Shown in pieces: positions 24,501-27,433 of a DNA stretch of 27,433 bases. The translations under genes and the position numbers were made by a program. Source of the stretch: an uncultured Bacteroidales bacterium (GTDB lineage: Bacteria; Bacteroidota; Bacteroidia; Bacteroidales; CAIWKO01); assembly GCA_964473775.1 (NCBI GenBank), contig CAYYQJ010000001.1, positions 1 to 27,433 of the forward strand, written 5' to 3'. The notes beneath the pieces were generated by a model, which saw only the letters and a list, made by a program, of their open reading frames with translations, made no database searches and was not told where the DNA came from. Position 1 is the stretch's first letter. Each line of letters starts with the position of its first letter.

Positions 24501-26256
24501 TTTAGCACCTGCCAATTATGAACTCTCGACTGATAACGTTAATTTTACCGGAAGCTTATTATTAAATCATTCTGCTGGAATTATTACAGGTCAACCAATT
24601 ACAGTTTATGTACGTATTGCAACTTCTGCAACTGTAGGTGTTGCTAATGGAAATATTACTCATACCAGTCTTAATTTAACCACTGTTAATCTGGCCTTAA
24701 CAGGAAATGTTTATTATCCTGAACCAAGCAATCATGTTTCTAATTTTACTGCTGTAGCTCCAAATTATTCGTCGGTTACCGTTACATGGTCAGATAACGA
24801 TGGTGCACAAGCGGCTACAGGATATATGATTCTTGCCAATACTACCGGTGTATTTACACCACCAGTGGATGGAATTGCACCAACTATTGATGCAAATCTT
24901 ACCGATGGCACTAGTGTAGTAACTGTTAATCATGGAACTCAAACTTATACCTGGAATGGACTCATTAGCTCTTCACATTATTATTTTACAATTTATCCTT
25001 TTACAAATACCGGAATAAATATTAATTATAAAACCACACCTACAGCACCAACTGCTGATGTTACTACTCAGGTTTATGTTCAGCCTTTGGCCGCATGGAC
25101 TTTTGATGATCTACCAGTGACAGATGCAACAACAACTACTCCTACCTCTGTTGCTGCTAACGTAGGTATTGAAGCTGCTACTGCAATGTTATATGCTAAT
25201 GGAACTAACGGCTCTTCAACATGGTTGCCAAGTATATCCAATACTGAATTAAATTCTTTTTCAGGAACAACATTAAACGACCCAAGAGAAGGAAGTGCAA
25301 TTATAGCAGGGCAAGCCTATAGTCCAAATGGCGGGGCTTCACTGTCAGCTAACGGTAAAAGTATGGTTATAAAATTTTCAATGGCCAATTATAAGGATCC
25401 AATTTTAACTTATGCTACAAGAGGAACCACTTCTGGATTTACTTCTCAACAATGGGCCTGGAGTACTGATAACATTACATATACTAATTTTACAAACGTA
25501 ACCGGAATAACAACCTCTTTTGTGACAAAGACTATGGATATGAGTGGTATTGACCAACTTGACCAGGCTACTGATGTTTATCTCAGAGTTACTTTTACAG
25601 GTGCTACTAATTCAACCGGAAATAACAGGCTGGACAATCTTGTAATAAATGCAACAGAAGTTCCTTTAACAAAATCATTACAAGTCAAATTATTTTTGCA
25701 AGGCTTATATGACGCTACTACCAGTCAAATGAAAGAAGCAAAAGACATTTCTTTGAATCCAAAATGGGGTACTGGCATTGCAGATTTAGTAACAGTTGAA
25801 CTTCATGATGCTGTTGATTACACAAATGTTTTATATAGTTCAGGTAATATTTACCTAACTACTGATGGAATATCCACTGTTAGTGATATTCCTAATAATC
25901 TCAGTGATTCGTATTATATTACTATTTTACATCGAAACAGTATTGAAACAACATGTGCTACGCCAATTTCATTTATAGGACAATCTGTAGATTATGATTT
26001 TACAGCCTCTGCCAGCATGGCATTTGGCAATAATCTAAAGTATGAATCAACTGGTGTTTATTCAATTTATGGTGGTGATGCCAATCATGATGGAATAGTT
26101 GATGGTTCAGATATGGCTGCAATTGACAATGCCAGTACCTTATTATTATTAGGTTATAATACCGAAGATGTGAATGGTGACGGAATAGTTGATGGTTCAG
26201 ACATGGCTATTATTGACAACAATTCAACTTCAATTGTTACAAAACAAACACCATAA
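21553..26256 (+). CDS. Large secreted modular surface protein with a C-terminal dockerin-like module
   Basis: Signal peptide cleaved before Gln; two homologous beta-sandwich domains; five ~110-aa Ig-like repeats (TSL.GF...G.PS..Q...VSG.NL); an Fn3-like domain; a further beta-rich domain; a C-terminal paired Ca-binding repeat DANHDGIVDGSD / DVNGDGIVDGSD. No catalytic motif recognised. Confidence 0.9.
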   Translation: MKKLFILIFALLLSSYGWGQTLYEGFDYTVGPSIGGNTATTGGPVNNWYTHNNTKVGSIDITAGNLSYAGLQTSVGNKVRLPGDNITVPRDVNRPITGTGATVAYFSALINIVDVTQLSAAGDYFMHFGATSGITNTSFGGRLGAKSVNSGSNFRFIIQNTSTGTLTFTEFATDMVFGTTYLVVVKYDKSASPTVASLWVNPVNLGGTEPAGSVQNNSGTATFAAFGSICLRNTANTPKADIDEIRVGTTWASVTPLNASTPIISVPSPTSLSGFLTTSGTPSTAQTFTVSGTSIQDFLVVTAPSNYELRESGVGSYGSSVSFAQTSGIVSSKTIEVRIAASAAVGTPSGNVVCSSTNATSQNVAVSGNVTSPLISTILALPTSFTGFTYVQGSGPSASQTYNLSGSNLTPASGNLTLTGSTNYEVSTDNTSFSVSATVAYTSGTLASTPVYIRLKSGLSGGNYNSENIVNSGGGATSVNVTCSGNITIPVSAITITGALTTFGNQVVNTISTEKTYTVSGVNLTDNIVITPPSGFEISTTTGSGFASTPITLTRTGGVVATTSIYVRFAPIAVQAYSGNITHVSSGATTQNVVVSGTGVCIAASLPFVEDFNYSVGALLTNNCWNAHSAGGTNPITIVTNSISYPSYLSSEIGNETSLPNTGEDDSRIFASQTSGNIYASFLVNISAATTTGDYFLHLGPSNISTTFRGRVFVKKDNNNNVFFGIAQSGTAAYSATPYALATTYLIVLKYSIVAGTNNDVASIFINPTLNAVEPISGWTVNTDATTDIADIGTIALRQSSATTALKIDGIRVSTVWSDIVGAISSTPELAVTPTSLTGFTYVQGNGPSAEQSVSVSGQYLTNNLTITPPANYEISTGTGAAFVATSPITLTPTSGTVAATPIYVRLKAGLASASYNGEIITISSTSATDKTVSCDGTVDAVPDPTITVAPTSLSGFSAISGTPSLSQSYTVSGSNLVDDVTILAPANYELSTDNVNFTGSLLLNHSAGIITGQPITVYVRIATSATVGVANGNITHTSLNLTTVNLALTGNVYYPEPSNHVSNFTAVAPNYSSVTVTWSDNDGAQAATGYMILANTTGVFTPPVDGIAPTIDANLTDGTSVVTVNHGTQTYTWNGLISSSHYYFTIYPFTNTGININYKTTPTAPTADVTTQVYVQPLAAWTFDDLPVTDATTTTPTSVAANVGIEAATAMLYANGTNGSSTWLPSISNTELNSFSGTTLNDPREGSAIIAGQAYSPNGGASLSANGKSMVIKFSMANYKDPILTYATRGTTSGFTSQQWAWSTDNITYTNFTNVTGITTSFVTKTMDMSGIDQLDQATDVYLRVTFTGATNSTGNNRLDNLVINATEVPLTKSLQVKLFLQGLYDATTSQMKEAKDISLNPKWGTGIADLVTVELHDAVDYTNVLYSSGNIYLTTDGISTVSDIPNNLSDSYYITILHRNSIETTCATPISFIGQSVDYDFTASASMAFGNNLKYESTGVYSIYGGDANHDGIVDGSDMAAIDNASTLLLLGYNTEDVNGDGIVDGSDMAIIDNNSTSIVTKQTP

Positions 26257-26351
26257 GCTAAAAATGTTTTATTTTTGCACATTATTCAATTTATATTAAT
26301 CATCAAAAAACAACTAATTTAATCTATATTTTTAATTAAATCTTTAATATT

Positions 26352-27433
26352 ATGAAAAAAACAAAAAGAGAACTACTTTTCTTTATAGGAACATTAATAA
26401 TGCTTTTCTCTACACTAAGTAGTCATGCTCAAAATCCAACTTATGTTTGTAGAATATTTAATCTTACACAAGTTTCCTGTAATATTTTCGAATTCGACAT
26501 ATATCTTCAGCGTACAGGTACTACTGTTTTTAAATTAGCAGCAATTCAAGCCGGAATAAATATTAATCCAGCCATAAAAAATGGAGGAACCCTTACTATA
26601 ATTCCTGTTCCGGGGTCATCTACCTTGTCTAACCCATCGCAGATGCCTGGTAACGATAGATTTACATTCAACAATACCCTCAATTGTATAAATGTGACTC
26701 CAGTTTCACCTCCAGGATATGCAAATGGATCAACTATTGCTACTTCTAGTCCTGGAACGAAATATGTTAGAGTTAGGGTTATTAATTCTGTTCCTTTCGC
26801 ATTAGTTTCACCAAGTCTTACATGGAGTTTTTCAATGTTAAATGGTTATCAAACTAAAGTTTTTGCTTATGTCGGCACTACCAATACGGATATTACAGTT
26901 CAAACAAGCCATACACTTCCAGCACAATCTTCATTTACAAACTCATTTGGAAGTCCAATTGCACAAACTGTTACTGGCGGTGGAGATTATTGTAATCTAA
27001 GTGGTAGTACAGGAGTAGCTATTGGTCTAGCTAGTTCTCAGGTTGGGTTCTCTTACGATTTATTCAAAGATGGTCAACCTGTTACAGGAGCTGTTATTTC
27101 CGGAACCGGTTCAGCAATTGACTTCCAAGGACAATCAGCAGCTGGTGTCTATACGATTCAGAGTCCTTCATGCTCAACACCCGTAGATATGATAGGCAAT
27201 GCTACAATATCGATAGTAGAACCACTTAATGCTAGCGTTTCTATTACTGCCTTACCTGGAACAACAGTAGCTCCAGGCACTTCAGTAACTTATACTGCCA
27301 CTTCTGTTAATGAAGGAACTATTCCTACTTACCAATGGTACGTAAATGGTGTTCCTGATGGAGTAAATGGACTATTATCGACTTATACTTATACCCCTGC
27401 TGATGGAGATGCAATTTATTGCGAATTAACATC
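26352..27433 (+). CDS. Secreted modular surface protein, 5' part only (runs off the window)
   Basis: Absent from the ORF track; my translation from the ATG at 26352 is open for 360 codons to the window end. Signal peptide MKKTKRELLFFIGTLIMLFSTLSSHA|Q, an N-terminal beta domain, then TVTGGGDYC...GVYTI and SVTYTATSVNEGTIPTYQWYVNG Ig-like modules. Confidence 0.88.
   Translation, partial: MKKTKRELLFFIGTLIMLFSTLSSHAQNPTYVCRIFNLTQVSCNIFEFDIYLQRTGTTVFKLAAIQAGININPAIKNGGTLTIIPVPGSSTLSNPSQMPGNDRFTFNNTLNCINVTPVSPPGYANGSTIATSSPGTKYVRVRVINSVPFALVSPSLTWSFSMLNGYQTKVFAYVGTTNTDITVQTSHTLPAQSSFTNSFGSPIAQTVTGGGDYCNLSGSTGVAIGLASSQVGFSYDLFKDGQPVTGAVISGTGSAIDFQGQSAAGVYTIQSPSCSTPVDMIGNATISIVEPLNASVSITALPGTTVAPGTSVTYTATSVNEGTIPTYQWYVNGVPDGVNGLLSTYTYTPADGDAIYCELT

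Noticed and set aside
26000-26256. T9SS C-terminal sorting domain on the 1567-aa protein
   Set aside because: There is no YPNP-type or terminal KxxK-type CTD pattern; the C-terminus is a paired Ca-loop module instead.

Overview
AT-rich Bacteroidota-type DNA (upxY, TAnnTTTG promoter boxes, signal peptides cleaved before Gln) with four blocks. (1) 284-12324, minus strand: the 5' part of a capsule/EPS operon: upxY, wza, wzc, NDP-sugar 4-epimerase, gmd, RmlC-fold epimerase, WecE-like aminotransferase, ATP-grasp ligase, GNAT, wzx and an LbH O-acyltransferase. (2) 12590-14984, minus strand: a TPR membrane protein and two hypothetical genes, followed by a divergent intergenic region holding an 11-unit, 21-bp tandem array. 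(3) 16055-21332, plus strand: a CheB-CheR-PAS fusion and a PAS hybrid histidine kinase, separated by a DUF559 endonuclease gene bracketed by perfect 33-bp inverted repeats and an 8-bp direct repeat. (4) 21553-end, plus strand: two large secreted modular surface proteins, the first ending in a dockerin-like module and the second running off the window. Best leads: the DUF559/inverted-repeat cassette, the 21-bp array with stops in all six frames, a G12 tract encoding the epimerase Rossmann motif, a probable GDP-linked route to an unusual 4-amino-6-deoxy sugar, and imperfect inverted repeats around the capsule promoter. All family calls are from motif recognition only; no database searches were run.
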